From contig OX597820.1 of assembly GCA_951406725.2 (NCBI GenBank), forward strand, positions 101,990,001-102,054,000: DNA of 64,000 nucleotides. The letters run 5' to 3'. This stretch comes from Octopus vulgaris (taxonomy: Eukaryota). Under the pieces are notes generated by a model. The model was not told the DNA's origin, searched no databases, and saw nothing but the letters and a program-made list of their open reading frames with translations. Within the stretch, counting starts at the first letter, position 1; every line of letters starts with the position of its first letter. Positions 35,833 to 50,447 of the stretch are shown in pieces. A program made the position numbers and the translations under genes.

Positions 35833-38095
35833 ATAATAATAATAACAATAATAATTTCTACTAAAGGCACAAGGGCTGAAATTTTGGGGGAGGGGTTAAG
35901 CCAATTAATTGTCAAATGTAATGCCTATTTATTCAACACTGTTTTCAGAGTAATCTGAATGCTACAGGGTTAAATCAAAATATCAGCTGCTGTTTTTGTC
36001 CCAATAAAAATTTTATGCTGCGTTTCAAGTTGGGGGGGAAAATGGTTTCAACTCATAACTACTTCGGATTTGAAACTTGTCTTTGAGAATATGAAAATTA
36101 TACCTTAGGCAAGTTTCGTAATACAATTTGTGTTCCATTCAGAATATGGTTCCACATTGCAAAGATAGTATGAGAATTATACCTCAGGCAAGTTTGGTAG
36201 TACAATTTATATTCCATTCAGATTATGGTTCCACGCTAAAAAACACTGTTCCATTGGAATCACATCATCTGTTCCTGATATATGTAAGAAATTATTCTTT
36301 AACTAGTGACTATCCCAGAACATTTCTATCAAAAGATAAGAATGGAAATTACAACAACAACAACAAAAAAAAACAAACAACACAAATCAGCTTTTGAATG
36401 GAAATGATATCTAACAAAACAAATAGATCTTAATCAAATGGATGATATTTCTGATATTTCTTAAAAAATAAAATTCAGTGAACAGTTCCTTTTACCATCC
36501 TTTCATTCATGAGTAAAAAGAAAATAATATCTAAGCGTATATCTAAAGGATATGAAATAAAATCATGTTTTTTGCCTTTTTTTGTTCTATTTGACATTAA
36601 TATGTGAATCTATTTTTAGTCAGCAAATGACATTTTATACTTTTCGTAGAATGAGCCAAATTCTTCACTAGTTATGGCTTACATGAAGCTTAGAAAAAAT
36701 TTTTTTTAAATAAATACAAGAAAATGAATATAAGTCTTAACTACAATAAACATTTTTCTATACATTTTTAAATATATCAAAATGGCATTCTATTGAAACC
36801 ATACCATCCTTCTCCTCCACTTCTCACCATCTTTTACTTGGACGATGAATTAAGATTTGATCAATGTAATAATGAGGATGATGAAAATAGTGGTGATGGT
36901 GGTGATGATGATGATGACTATGATGGTGGTGGTGATAATTCTTCCTAATTTTGGTACAAGGTTATACCAATTGTGAGGGAACCGGTTAAGTCAATTACAT
37001 TGAGCCCAGTGCTTGACTGGCACTTTGTCAACTCTGAAAAATAGAAAGGCAAAGTCAGCCTTAGTGACATTTGAACTTGGTATGTAAAGCCAAAAGAAAT
37101 GCTCACTAAACATTTTGTCCAGTATGTTAACAATTCAGCCAGCTCGGTACCTTTGAATATTGCTGAGATCCCCCTTCGGTCACGACTGAACATGGGATTG
37201 CACCTAAAAAGTTACCCTCCCAGGCACAAATCCAGGCAAGGTTGTTTATGGAAGACCAGCAGTCTCCCATACATACCAGCCTCCCCTCTCCATGCCACCG
37301 ATGTTATCCAAGGGAAAGGCATCGGCCGATACAGCTTGGCACCTGTGATGTCACAACTCATTTCTACAGCTGAGTGAACTGGAGCAACGTGAAATAAAGT
37401 GTCTTGCTCAAGAATATAGCACACTCACTACCTTGCTCTAACCACTGAGTTACACACCTACACACACACACACCACATACACACATATATATAAATATAT
37501 AAATGAAACAGAGATGGGTGCAAGCATTGTACTTTGCTGCAGAGATGTAAACATGCCGACTACTAAAGTGTATTAAAAGTTAATTTTTCTTTTTGTTTTT
37601 TAAAATTATCCTGGTATTTTCTGGCTCTCATTTTAAAAACACTGAGAACATCTGCAAAACATCTGTGATACACAAATATGCCACAACACAGAAATTGAAA
37701 ACATCTATTTGAGAAAGATGGAATAGTATATTAAATAGTTATATTTGAAAAGTGAGAATTAATTTCAGACAACGAAGTGTTAAATGTCTTTTAGGCACAG
37801 AAACCGTGTAAAGGCTCCTAAGAACTGATACATACTTCTAGTTTTACGGTATTAAGTAGATGGAAACTAAATGTTAAGTATTTCATTCAGCCTTCAATCA
37901 CATCTGCCATTCTACGAACTAAGTATGATGATGATGGAAGTGACGGAGTTGGTGGTGGAATTGATGGTTTTAGTAGTGGTGGTTTCGGTTATGAGGGTGG
38001 TGTAAAAAGAGATTGGGATAATGTTAACAGTGGATTGCAACAGTAGTCATATTATGGCAAAGATAAAAACCATGTGCTAATGCTACCATCATTAC

Positions 38096-38152
38096 TTGAT
38101 ATTTGAAAGACGAAGCAAAAAGTTGTGAAACAAGATTCCTCAACTGTCCCAC
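38096..38152 (-). CDS. Putative exon D (VGQLRNLVSQLFASSFKYQ)
   Basis: Acceptor cattttaaag|GTG, donor CAA|gtaatg; 57 nt, phase 0-0. Confidence 0.5.
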
Positions 38153-40599
38153 CTTTAAAATGTAGACAAGATATCTTTGGCAGGGATTCAGGATGGAATA
38201 TATAGCAATTATACTGTATATGTTGAAATAAACAGTGTTAGTTATGTCTTTGAAAGTGAAAAGTCGCAACCCTAACTTATGTCTCAGATGTAAAGCCTAT
38301 TCAAAATATCATGTTTCAAAACAGGTTTCACCTTACATACAAGAAAGAAAAAAAAAGAAAAAGAAATAATAAAAAAGAATAAGGAAAAGAAAACAAAGAA
38401 AGATATTAAGAACTTCAAAACCTGTGTCATTCTGTGTTAGAAGTTGGTGTCCAATGAAAGAAAAATATTCTTTCAACAGAACTTTCTTCCAGAATTTCAC
38501 TGTAAAGTAACAAATTATTTTTCAGGGTCTCTGTTGCAATTCAGAAGTCAACTAGACCCATTTATAGAATTTCTAATGACTGCTTGTTCTAATAGGCTAT
38601 TTTTATCATCATTATTATTGTAAACCTTTTGGATTCTGCAGGCTGGCAGAATTGTTAGCATGTTGAACAAAATTCTTAGTGACATTTCTTCCAGCTCTTT
38701 TTATGTATTGAGCTTAAATTCCACAAGAGCCTGACTTTGCCTTTCGCCCTTTCAGGGTTGATAAAATAAGCACCAGTTGAACATTGGGTTGATGTAACCC
38801 ATCTCTAAAATTGCAGGCCTTGTGAAAAATTTGCAACAATTATTATTGTTGTTAACCCTTCTGTTACCATATTTCTGTTGAAATATACCACAATTGTTTC
38901 AATCATCATCATCATCATCATCATTTAGCATCTGTTTTTCATACTGGCATGGGTTAGACAGTTTGACTGAAAATGGTAAGCTGGAGAGCTGCAACAAGTT
39001 CCAGTCTGATTTGGCATGGTTTCTACAGTTGGTTGCCCTTCCTAACACCAACCACTCCAAGAGTGTAATGGGTGCCAGTTACAGGACTTCACTTATCTTC
39101 TCGGGCACAGCATATCATCCAACATTTAAAATTAAAAATTTACCAATATGACAGTTATTAACTTGGTATTCAGAACATCAGTTAGCATGAAATTTTAATA
39201 GCAGTTTTTAATTGAGATCACTTAAGAACAGGAAGTCTGTATCTTTGAACCAGGAGTAGTCTCAAGCAAGTTAACCCTTAAGCATTCAGACAGGCCTTAT
39301 CAAGCCCAAATATTCTACTTGTTTTACACTCAGACTATCCAGATCCAGCCTCTCACACCTACCCTATAATGAGCTTCTTTCAGTTTTTGTTTACCCAATC
39401 CACTCACAAAGCTTTGAACAGCATAAGGTTTTAGTAGAAGACACAGTGGGACTGAACCCAGAACCATGTGATAGGGAAGCAGATTTCTTTACCACACAGC
39501 CATACCTGTACCTATCAGAATGCGAAGAACTTAAGATGCATGATAATACTACTGAATGGTAATACTAAAGTTTAGTTTAAACAAATTCATTTGAGATGGA
39601 AGAGAACTAATGAAATAGAAATTAAGAATAAGATAAGTTGTTGCTGTTGTTCATTTCTTCATTTGCTTTGTTAAAATTATTCACACTAATGTGTTAGTAC
39701 TTAAGAAAACATTAAATGTCTGTTTGTCCATTCTGATCTCTGAGGAGAATATAAACACTTTCCTTATACAGTGTAAAACCTAATGAAAACAGTCTCTTAG
39801 TATAAAAACTGGCAACAGCCTCTAGAGCAGGGCCGATGAATTTGGAAAAATTTTTTGCTTTTTGCGAGTAATTTAGACATGGCTTAATTGTTAGGGTATT
39901 TGGCTCACAATTGTAAGATCACAAGTTCGTGGTATGTTGTGTCCTTGAGCAAGACACTTTATTTCTTGTTGCTCCAGTCAACTCAGCTGGCAAAAAAAAA
40001 AAAAAAGGCTTGTACCTTGTAATTCAAAGGGCCACTTTTGTCATATTCTGTATCTTGCTGAATCTCTCTGAGAACTACATTATGGTCAAGTATGTCTTTG
40101 GAGTGCTCAGCCACTTGGACATTCATTTCACAAGCAGGTTGTCCCATCGATCAAATAAACTGGAGTACACCATCATAACCGACAGGGAGCAAGGACAATG
40201 AGTTTTATGTTCAAATGCTCGAATGTGTTTTACATTTATGTTTACACCAATTAAAAACAGAGACTATGTCCTATAACTTAACAATTCAACAAACTGATTA
40301 CATGGGTACCAGATTGCAAGATAAGTCACTGGAGCCAATAGTCAACTTTAAGGCGGCATCTCGGTATTTTTGGAAGTCCAGTAATTGCAACCAGGAAAAG
40401 AGCTATTTTGTGTGGTGTGTGTATTTATCAGTTAATTGCCTTACAAATAATACAAACAATATAAATTGCGTATCTACAATACAGAATGCCTATGATTTCA
40501 TTCTATAGCTTATCAGTCTTTTGTTTAATATAAGCATTGTGCTTATGATAGATTGTGTCTGATCTCATTCCTTGTTATAGTATTATGAACAGAGACAAC

Positions 40600-41020
40600 A
40601 AAATTTTATCATAGATTAAATTTTCATTAATTATTGATGTAAATGTATTTCCAAAAAAGTAACTTCTATCTAATAGCTAGATTTTATGACAGTCATATTC
40701 AAAAAGCAGATGATAAGTTGCTTTCTGTTTTTATTCTTTTGGAAATCAACTGCAGTACTGCCCAAGGCATTTAAAATTATTTAGCAATTTTTCTTTTTCT
40801 AAAAACATGGCATCCTATTTGAAAATCTGATAGGCTATGCTAGTGATAATGCAAATGTAATGGATGATGGAATGAAAAAGTGGAGGTTAACATCATCAGT
40901 TGTCTAAAGCAGAAAGTGCCATATCTCTTTGTATGAAGTCGTGTAAGCCATTCGAAGCATTTGTACATCCTACGCATATTTTGAACTTCCAACTTCTTTA
41001 CAGGAGTTGATTAGAATTAT
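40600..41020 (+). pseudogene. Decayed hAT transposase fragment
   Basis: Reads IGYASDNANVM (~40830-40862), then LKQKVP and a CxxH-like remnant (VSHSKHL); multiple frameshifts. Confidence 0.6.
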
Positions 41021-41269
41021 TTATTTAATTGGCATGGCTGTGCAGTAAAAATCTTGCTTCCCTACCACATGGTTCTGGGTTCAGTCCCACTGCATGACAC
41101 CTTGCGCAAGTGTCTTCTACTATAGCCTCAGGCTGAACAAAGACTTGAGTTGGTTTGGTAGACAGAAACTGAAAGAAGCCCATCATATATATATATATCA
41201 TTGTTTTAATGCAAAAGTGTCCTAAGTCCAAAATGATACTTTTTCAGAAAACGAAACAAATAGTTTTAC

Positions 41270-41366
41270 CATTCCATAGCAAAACTGTTGTACTACACTT
41301 CCACAATTTTTGATATCTTGGCATCTGAAGCAGCTGGAGATACGATAATTTGACCAAAAGAACCAG
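41270..41366 (-). CDS. Putative exon C ([S]WFFWSNYRISSCFRCQDIKNCGSVVQQFCYGM)
   Basis: Long pyrimidine tract then caatag|C, donor ATG|gtaaaa; 97 nt, phase 2 to 0, matching exon B. Confidence 0.6.
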
Positions 41367-42129
41367 CTATTGCAAGCAAAAATAAATATTGAAAGAAAAA
41401 ACTAATTGGCCAAATTTGGACATATGACAGTTTAACATAATAGCAACAATATATATATATAAATTTATATAAACACACACAGGGTGCAATGAGTAAATTG
41501 TTGCCATTTTATATTTTGAATTTCCCACATGTACATTGTCTGTTTTGATTTTGTCAACTACACAGTATAGTAGGGTCAGTTGGGCACTGTCTGTGAGAAA
41601 TGCAGCACAATTCACTTTGCCAGAAATTTGGAAATGACATGCTGTACTGCTTGGCATTCATGCTGGAAACTCCAATACAGACATTTCAGAGTGCTTGGGC
41701 ATCAATCTGCAGACATGTACTGAGAGTAATAGAATTCAAACATCCAGTCCTTCAATTTTTCCAAGCCCTGTAAAGGAACTAGGAATGTTGGGCTTCCAAC
41801 CAGGCCTTTCATGATATCCTTAAAGCTAGGAAGTTTTCAGCACCCACTTCTATTGTGGAGAAAGAACTGTGTCATTCCAAAATCTTGAAAAATTTGAAGA
41901 CATTGAATTTTAAAGTCAAACAAAGGACAGGTGTATACTTCTATGCTTTAGAGCATTTAGTATGTACACAAATTTACAGGTATATGAAGGTTTGGGATTC
42001 AAACAATGCATCTCTAGGACAACTACTTTCAATTATCACAATGGCCATAAAATTTCCTAACATTACAGAGGAAACAAAATATAAAACTATCAAAATTTTG
42101 CATCAGAATGAAATTCCAGTCTTGAGCAC

Positions 42130-42950
42130 GTTATAAGACTGCCAAGAGCAGTCAAACACTCACTCTAACAGTCTCTTGCACAGTATAGTGAATGACATTG
42201 ATAATGTTTAGTACAGTATAAAGATTGCCAATGTTAGTTACTACCACAGTATAAAAAACAACCAACAAGTCTTTTACAGTCTAAAGACTGCCAGTCTAGA
42301 GCACATATAATGACTTAACAGCAACCTTTTACACAGTATAAAGATTAATTATAAAAGTCTGAGTGACACTGATAAACTTATTAAAAAGACTGCTAATGAT
42401 AGTGACTAACATTATAAGAAAAATTGCCAACAATAGTTTTTTATAGTCTAAAGCAGTGGTTTTCAACCAGGGTTCCACGGAACCTTAGGGCTCCGCCAGT
42501 ACAGTCCAGGGGTTCCGCAAGAAGTTACAAAACTGCTAAAATTGGCAGTAATTTTTAATTCTCCTGTGCAGATATGTGTGCATAAGACTATTAAATTATT
42601 GCACAGGGGTTCCCCAAGCCAGTGGAATGTTTCCTTGGGGTTCCGCTCCAGCAAAAAGTTTGAAAAGCACTGGTCTAAAGACTACCAGTCTACAGCACAT
42701 GATGAAGACAGCCAAAAGCAGTCTTTTACACTGTTTAAAAACTAACTGTAGCAGTCTCTTGCACAGTATAAGTAACAATGATAACCTCTAATACAGTAGA
42801 AAAATTGCCAATGATAGTAACACAGTATACAAAACTGCCAACCGTAGTCTTTTACACAGATTAACAACTGCCAGTCAAGAGAACATATAAAGACTGCTAA
42901 CAGCATAATCACTGCCAATGACAATCTCTAGGACAGCATAAAGATTGACT
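42130..42950. repeat. Degenerate minisatellite, interrupted by the hAT MITE
   Basis: Recurrent cagtataaagactgcca and cagtcttttaca units. Confidence 0.65.
42454..42672. mobile_element. hAT (Charlie-like) MITE
   Basis: TIR cagtggttttcaa/ttgaaaagcactg; perfect 8-bp TSD gtctaaag. Confidence 0.9.
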
Positions 42951-43452
42951 GATAAATGATAAATGTTTTATTAGCACTGTGACAAATGGGATTAGACATA
43001 ACCCAATAGATTCAGAAAAAGAGCCTGACCAACGACAAAATAGAAATATATAAATACCCAACCCTAAATCATCATGACCAATGAACTGCTAGTTTAATAT
43101 TTTATACAGCAGCCATTTCAACGACAGCCTTGTTTTCTATCTCCTCTCTCTCACTCATATCTCACATACCCACTTATGAAATACTACAGAGTACATTTTG
43201 TATAAAGCAAAACTGACCACACACATTTGACTAAGTAATAGCAGTTGTGATGATGGAAATAACAGCAACGACAGCAGCAATTGGAGTCATGTTACTCGTG
43301 AATTATTAATAAGTGAACCATAAAGACAACATGCTATATTAGAGCAGGCTAACTGGAAATACAAAGTGACATATATCAAAAGCCAGCTTATAATTGATTT
43401 ACTACAAGAATAGTAAACAACAACAACCGCAGCCACTGCTACCACCACCACC

Positions 43453-43484
<32 letters not shown>

Positions 43485-43748
43485 TAGTCTTTTCTTTATT
43501 AACCACAGGAGCTCAGGGAAATACATAAAAATAACACAAAGAGACATTAAGTAGTGGGTTTACATAAAAAGAAAGACGTGTGGAGTAGGGACGTATAAGT
43601 TTTACAAAGGCAAGGGATGGGGCTGAAAGATGTTATGCAATACATGAGGGCACATATATTTGTGCATAATAGGAGCTTGAAAAGAGAAACAGTCCCTATA
43701 ATAAAGAGTGTTTTGGGAACAATGAAAAGAAAATACAGACATACACAT

Positions 43749-43911
43749 AGGCGCAGGAGTGACTGTGTGGTAAGTAGCTTGCTAACCAACCACATGGTTC
43801 CGGGTTCAGTCCCACTGCGTGGCATCTTGAGCAAGTGTCTTCTACTATAGCCCCGAGCCGACCAACGCCTTGTGAGTGGATTTGGTAGACGGAAACTGAA
43901 AGAAGCCTGCC

Positions 43912-43969
<58 letters not shown>

Positions 43970-44195
43970 GTGTGTATGTGTTTGTGTGTCTGTGTTTGTC
44001 TCCCTAGCATTGCTTGACAACCGATGCTGGTGTGTTTACGTCCCCGTCACTTAGCGGTTCAGCAAAAGAGACCGATAGAATAAGTACTGGGCTTACAAAG
44101 AATAAGTCCTGGTGTCGATTTGCTCAACTAAAGGCGGTGCTCCAGCATGGCTGCAGTCAAATGACTGAAACAAGTAAAAGAGTAAAAGAGTAAAA
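43749..44195 (+). mobile_element. SINE family A
   Basis: Full-length copy. Confidence 0.9.
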
Positions 44196-44389
44196 AGCCA
44201 AAACCTTAAGACTTGCAACTACACTTAATATAGAGAAAATAATACTACTAAGCACCTCATAAATATTATGTAAACCACTTTCAATAGAGCAAAAATAACA
44301 AAACTGAAACAAAATACTGCATATACTCAAAGTAGATAGAGCTGCATTCAGTGGTGTATTAAAAACACTCACTAAAAATAAGACAGCTA

Positions 44390-45105
44390 AAAGAAATGGA
44401 GAAACTTTCAAAATACAAAAACCAGGAAATACAGGTAACTCAAATGTGGAGTCTAAATACAGAAACAGTTCCTATCATAGTGGTAGCATTAGGTATGATA
44501 AAAAAAATATTCAGACAAATACATAACAAAAACACCAGGACTAACAAATGTATATGTTTCTTTATTACTCACAAGGGGCTAAACATAGAGGGGACAAACA
44601 AGGACAGACAAACGAATTAAGTCGATTATATCGACCCCAGTGTGTAACTGGTACTTAATTTATCGACCCCAAAAGGATGAAAGGCAAAGTCGACCTCGGC
44701 AGGATTTGAACTCAGAACATAACGGCAGACGAAATACGGTTATGCATTTCGTCCGGCATGCTAACGGTTTTGCCAGCTTGCCACCTTTTTTAAAATATAT
44801 TTCTTTATTGCCCACAAGGGGCTAAACATAGAGGGGACAAACAAGGACAGACAAAGGGATTAAGTCGATTACATCGACCCCAGTGCGTAACTTGTACTTT
44901 ATTTGTCGACCTCGAAAGGATGAACAAATAAAGTACCAGTTACGCAATATATAACATACAGAAAGTAGCACTACTAGGCACTGCATACAGTAACCATAAG
45001 AGCATCACAGCAAACCACAGCACATACCCAAGGCACACAGAGCTGCACTCGGTAGTGCAGTGAAAGCACGTTATAAAAATAAAACTACTGAATAATAATA
45101 ATAAT
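44390..45105 (+). mobile_element. Second Dong/R4-like 3' remnant, interrupted by SINEs
   Basis: EKLSKYK...QMWSLNTETVPIIVVALGMIKK, resuming as YNIQKVALLGTA at ~44950, then a 3' UTR and (TAA)n; related fragment at ~43675-43745. Confidence 0.7.
44556..44946 (-). mobile_element. Two SINE family B copies (the second truncated, with a fold-back) inside a Dong-like remnant
   Basis: Matches the other family B copies; inverted repeat at 44884-44946. Confidence 0.85.
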
Positions 45106-45564
45106 AATCCTTTCTATTATAGGTACAGGGCCTGAAATTTGGGGGAGGGGCAGTCGATTACATTGACCCCCAGTACTCAATTGATATTTATTTTATCAAC
45201 ACCTAAAGGATGAAAGGAAATATGTGTGTGTGTTTTGTTCCCAATCTCCTGTGAAGATATACCTCTCAATGGAGAAAGATTACCTTACTTAGAAACGTGA
45301 GGTGTTTCAACAGGAAGGGTAACTGGTCATACAAAAATCCACAAGAAAATTCTGTCCAACCCATGCAAGCATGGGGAAAGTGGACATAAAATCAATGATG
45401 ATGAATATTTACTATATTGCATAGTACACAGCAGCAAAATATACTACATAGTAAAAAGTTTGCTTCTCAACAACGTGGTTCAGAGTTCAATCCCACAGTG
45501 TAGCACCTTTGGCAAGTGTCTTCTATTAAACTCCAAGCTAACCAAAGCCTTGTGAATGGATTTG

Positions 45565-45945
45565 GTAGCTTGCTTACCAACCACATGGTTCCAGGTTCAG
45601 TCCCACTGCGTGGCACCTTGGGCAAGTGTCTTCTACTATAGCGTCAGCCAAACAAAGCCTTGCGAGTGGATTTGGTAGACGGAAACTGAAAGAAGCCTGT
45701 CGTATATATGTATATATATGTGTGTGTGTGTGTGTGTGTATATGTTTGTGTCTGTGTTTGTCCCCCCAACATTGCATGGCAACCAATGCTGGTGTGTTTA
45801 CGATCCCGTAACTTAGCGATTTGGTAAAAAGAGACCAATAGAATAAGTATTAGGCTTACAAAGAATAAGTCCTGGGGTCAATTTGTTTGACTAAAGGCAG
45901 TGCTCCAGCATGGCTGCAGTGAAGTGACTGAAACAAGTAAAGAGA
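45565..45945 (+). mobile_element. SINE family A (5'-truncated, fused to an older copy)
   Basis: Matches the other family A copies. Confidence 0.85.
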
Positions 45946-45946
45946 G

Positions 45947-45986
<40 letters not shown>

Positions 45987-46104
45987 CGTATATAAATGTA
46001 GAAACCATGCCAAAATGGACGTGGAGCCTGGGCAGTTCCCCAGCTGACCAGTTCCTGTCGAACTGTCCAATCCATGGTAAATGAACATTAAATGATGATG
46101 GTGA

Positions 46105-46490
46105 TCATCATCATTGTTTAACGTCCATTTTCCATGCTAGCATGGGTTGGACGGTTCAACTGGGGTCTGGGAAGCCAGAAGCCTGCGCCAGGCCCAGTCT
46201 GATCTGGCAATGTTTCTACGGCTGGATGCCCTTCCTAACGCCAACCACTCAGTGAGTGTAGTGGGGGCTTTTTACATGCCACCTGCACAGGTGCCAGACG
46301 AGGCTGGCAAATGGCCACGATCAGATGGTGCTTTTTATGTGCCACCGGCACGGAGGCCAGGCGAGGCTGGCAACGGCCACAATCAGATGGTGCTTTTTAC
46401 GTGCCACCGGCACAGAGGTCAGTCGGGGCGGCGCTGGCAACGTCCACGTTCGGATGGTTCTCTTACGTGCCACCGGCACTGGTATCACAG
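46105..46490 (-). mobile_element. Repeat family C
   Basis: As 6497-6802, reverse orientation. Confidence 0.8.
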
Positions 46491-47760
46491 CTACAATGAT
46501 GTGTGTGTATTTATTTGAGTGTGTGTGTGTGTGTTCCCCCACTCCCAACGTAGTTTGACAACTGCTGTTGGTTTGTTTACATCTCCATAACTTAGAGATT
46601 TGGCAAATGTGACTGATGCAATAAATTCTAGGCTTAGTAAAAACTAAGTACTGGGTCAATTCATTCAACTGAAACCCTTCTAAGTGGTACCCCAGCATGG
46701 TCACAGTGTAATAAATAAAACAAGTAGAAGATAAAAGATAAAGATAGTTTACACAATATCACACACAGCTGTCATCATACATTTTCAATATATATGATAC
46801 TGTTAACGGTTGGTATAGTAAAACAAAAGCAGTAATTCATACTAAACTGAAGTAAATTACACATATCATAGTAATCTGTATTCAATTAAAAAAATATATA
46901 TACAACCATGACATCATCCTGTCAAAACTCAAATAACATCTCTGCTAAAATCCTCCCCGTCCTTTCCACATGTTAGAACCTATTATCTTTGATGAGATCT
47001 CATGGCATACCACATTATAAAGTTTGCATCAGAGATTGTTGTGCTGATACATATCAATAAAAATAAAAATTAAAATAAAGAGAAAAAAGAAATAATAATA
47101 ATAAAACAGTTTACACAAGTAAATTATGTGCACACAAAATGTATTAACAGCAGTAGCAGCACTTCAAAATCAATGAATGATTTGTTGAGCTTGCTGGTTG
47201 GTACAAGTCTAAGTTCAATTCCAAATAAGGAAAGAAAATTTAATGGTAATAGACCAGTATCCAATGCAGAAGGAAATTTTTTTTTTTTTATTATTTCTTT
47301 GGCTTAGCTCCACAAAAACTGATACAAATGATAAGAGAGCTTGAAGAAATTATTTTAAATTAAAAAACATAACGATGATGATTTCTAAACTAAGCACAAG
47401 ATCACAAATTTAATGGGGTGTGTTTAGTCAATCATGTTGACCTCTGAACTTGGTTGGTGACTTACGTTATCAATCCTGGAATGATGAAAGAAAGCAGGAC
47501 ATCTTTAGCATTAAAAAAAATATATAAATTAAATACTCAGTTCAACTATTAATATAAACTGAATACTCAGTACAACAATTAAATACTAAGTACAACTACT
47601 GAGTATTAAATACTCAGATTCAGCACAATTTAAATACTCAGTACAACTACCACTTCTTCCTAATCTACAATATTTTTAATCATAATATTCTTTTATAATC
47701 AAAGGCAAGGTTTACGATACCGGGAGAATATCGCCTTCTCCCATTATATCTTGTTCTTCA

Positions 47761-48170
47761 TGTAGTTCAGGCTCTGCCAGGCGAAGAAAGAAGTCTTTAA
47801 GTACAAATGCAATTTACAACTGGTTTATTTACAAGTTTCACAGAACAGGTGAAGTGTGCTGCTCTCAGCAACCATCTCAAGCTGTGTGCATGGTGTTGTA
47901 TCTCAGCTAGTGCAGGCACATTGCCTCTGGAGGTACAACATGCAGACAGGCACGGCCAGTGAAGTGTGCTCAGCAAGCGCTGCTGCGAAGGAGCAGAGAA
48001 AGAGTGAATCTGTTTCTGTTTTGCCCTTATATACAGTTTGCCATCGCGAGCCTTGTTGTGATCTCGCACATGGCAAATGGATGCTGGTGAGGTCTCGCTC
48101 CAATCTTGGAGATGGCAATGACTGCTGCGAGATCTCATCCAATATGGCACTGACTGCTTGTCCCACTACA
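47761..48170 (-). mobile_element. Probable solo LTR
   Basis: 410-bp GC-richer island with tgtagt...actaca termini; on the minus strand, repeated gcgagatc-like and CCAAT motifs, then TATATAA (48027-48033) and AATAAA (47824-47829) in LTR order; TSD not clean (cttca/ctttc). Confidence 0.6.
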
Positions 48171-50447
48171 CTTTCCTACACTAGACACAAGGCTCGAAAT
48201 TTTGGGGGAGGGGACCAGTTGATTAGATTGACCCTCAGTATGCAACTGGTACTTAATTTATCAACCCTGAAAGGATAAAAGGCAAAGTTGACCTCAGCAG
48301 AATTTGAACTCAGAAGGTAAAGACAGACGAAATACTGCTAAGCATTTTGCCCAGCATGCTAAGGTTTCTGCCAGCTTGCCACCTTCTTTTAAACATAATA
48401 TTCTTTGTTCAAGGGTTAAAAAACGTGAGGATATTACCATCATTATCATGAAGGATTTTATATACGCATTTCCTTGCTTGCATGGGTTGGATGGAATTTT
48501 GTTGAGGTGGATTATCTATACCTGGATGCCCTTCTTGCCATCAGCCCTTACCTGTTTCCAAGTAAGGTAATGCTTTCTTATAACCAGAAATCTTCTCACA
48601 AAAGATTCAGAATGAAAGACACTGGTTGCATGATGGTAACATTTGTGTACAACTATCACATGATGTCAAGGCAAGGGGACAGTAGCACACACACACACAC
48701 ACACATACATTGGTCAATAGTTCATATATTTGAAAAGATGCATAGTCTCAAACATTACAGTAGTAATGTTTAGAAGGTTGTTCATTATGACCGGTCAGAG
48801 AGCCACCATTGGTTTCACACATAAGAAATGGTTCATTGCAATATACAGTGCTGTTTGACTTCTGTGAGCAAAGCCAGAACAGAGTTTAATTCCACATGTC
48901 ATATGTCATTAGTCAATAGAGCTGATCACCTTTTCATTGATATTTCTGCTCTCAAAAACTCAAGAAATCGACTGATTCTTCTAACATCATATTGATTGAT
49001 TGATTAAGAAGAAAAATAGTATAATACACTGTAACATATTATGCTGTAAGTAAATACTATATAATATTGATTTCAAATTTTGACACAAGGCCAGCAGTTT
49101 CAAGAGAGGGGTTAAGTTGATTGCATTGACCCCAGCACTCAACTGGTACTTATTTTATCAACCCTGAAAGGATGAAAGATGGAGTTGACCCCTGTGGTAT
49201 TTGAACACAGAACATGAGGACTGATGAAATTCCACTTAGCATTTTGCCCAACATGCTAACAAATCTGCCAGCTCAGCACCTTAAGGTACTATATAATATC
49301 AATATAAAAAGAAAGTGATATATAAAATAACATATATGCATAGAATTTTATATCACAGGTAGTATATATAGTATGCATCACTGTAGCCAAATCAAACTTA
49401 ATCACTGACTTCTACTATAGTCATATACTTCAAGATATCTGTGTATTATATAATACATGATCTGCTTCAAAATATTAATGTATCAAAGAGAAAATAGCAT
49501 TGTATTGGGGCGGTTATCACATTAATTTAACATAGTGCATTTTGTTACCTAAAAATATCAAATTATATCATTACATATAATCAATATCAATTTATCAAAC
49601 TCGAGCAAGCATCCTATAGATGTCAGTTCACAACTATTAAACGAATAAATTGTATTACTGATGGCATAAGATATGAGAATGTCATACTAGCAGTTGAAAT
49701 ATTATATGCTACCAGTATCAATTATTACAAGATATCAGTATATCTGAACTAATGGCTGTACAACAGATATCACTAGACATACTGCCAATAGTCATATTAA
49801 TATAAAATATTACCAATGGTTGTAATACAATATATTAAATATTGCATTTTTTTTTTCTCAGGTGTTAATATTGCAAAATATCAAGTTTATTATACTGCTG
49901 ATGATTATGTTATGATACCATCAGCATATCATACACATTGAGATGATTAGATGCCAGTAAACTCAATGACGTGTAGATAACATAACCTATACACATGTTA
50001 ACAATATACTACATAAAATGAAATACATTTTCATGTTAGCTCATTATATGTTGTGAAATTCACCTCCAGCAAAATCCTGACAGTCCACCTAGATATAAAT
50101 GAAGTAGTAACAGTAGTAGTATTAGTTATATAATTGGCTAATGTTAACCTGCAAGAACTGATTCTATATCTTCCAATGAGTAAAGCTTATAGAAGGATTT
50201 GTTACACTAAACAAAAGCTAATTTCATTTCAAGGTGGAGTTCTTGAAGAGGCGTCCTTATGACACAATTAGTGATAAATCTCATTTGTACATACCTTCAC
50301 AACATTCAAGAAAATGATGTAATGTGCCATAAAAAAAAAAAACCAGAAACTAGTTCTATATAAGAAATAAGAAGCAGCCATGTTGGTGTAGTTATGAAGC
50401 TTGCTTCTCAAATATTGTTTCAGGTTCCGTCCTACTGTCATCATCAT

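Noticed and set aside
43547-44054. Many 60-180 aa ORFs such as MSSNARETNTDTQTHTHTYIHIYIYI..., recurring across the window
   Set aside because: Chance translations of SINE family A/C copies and (TA)n/(CA)n tracts.
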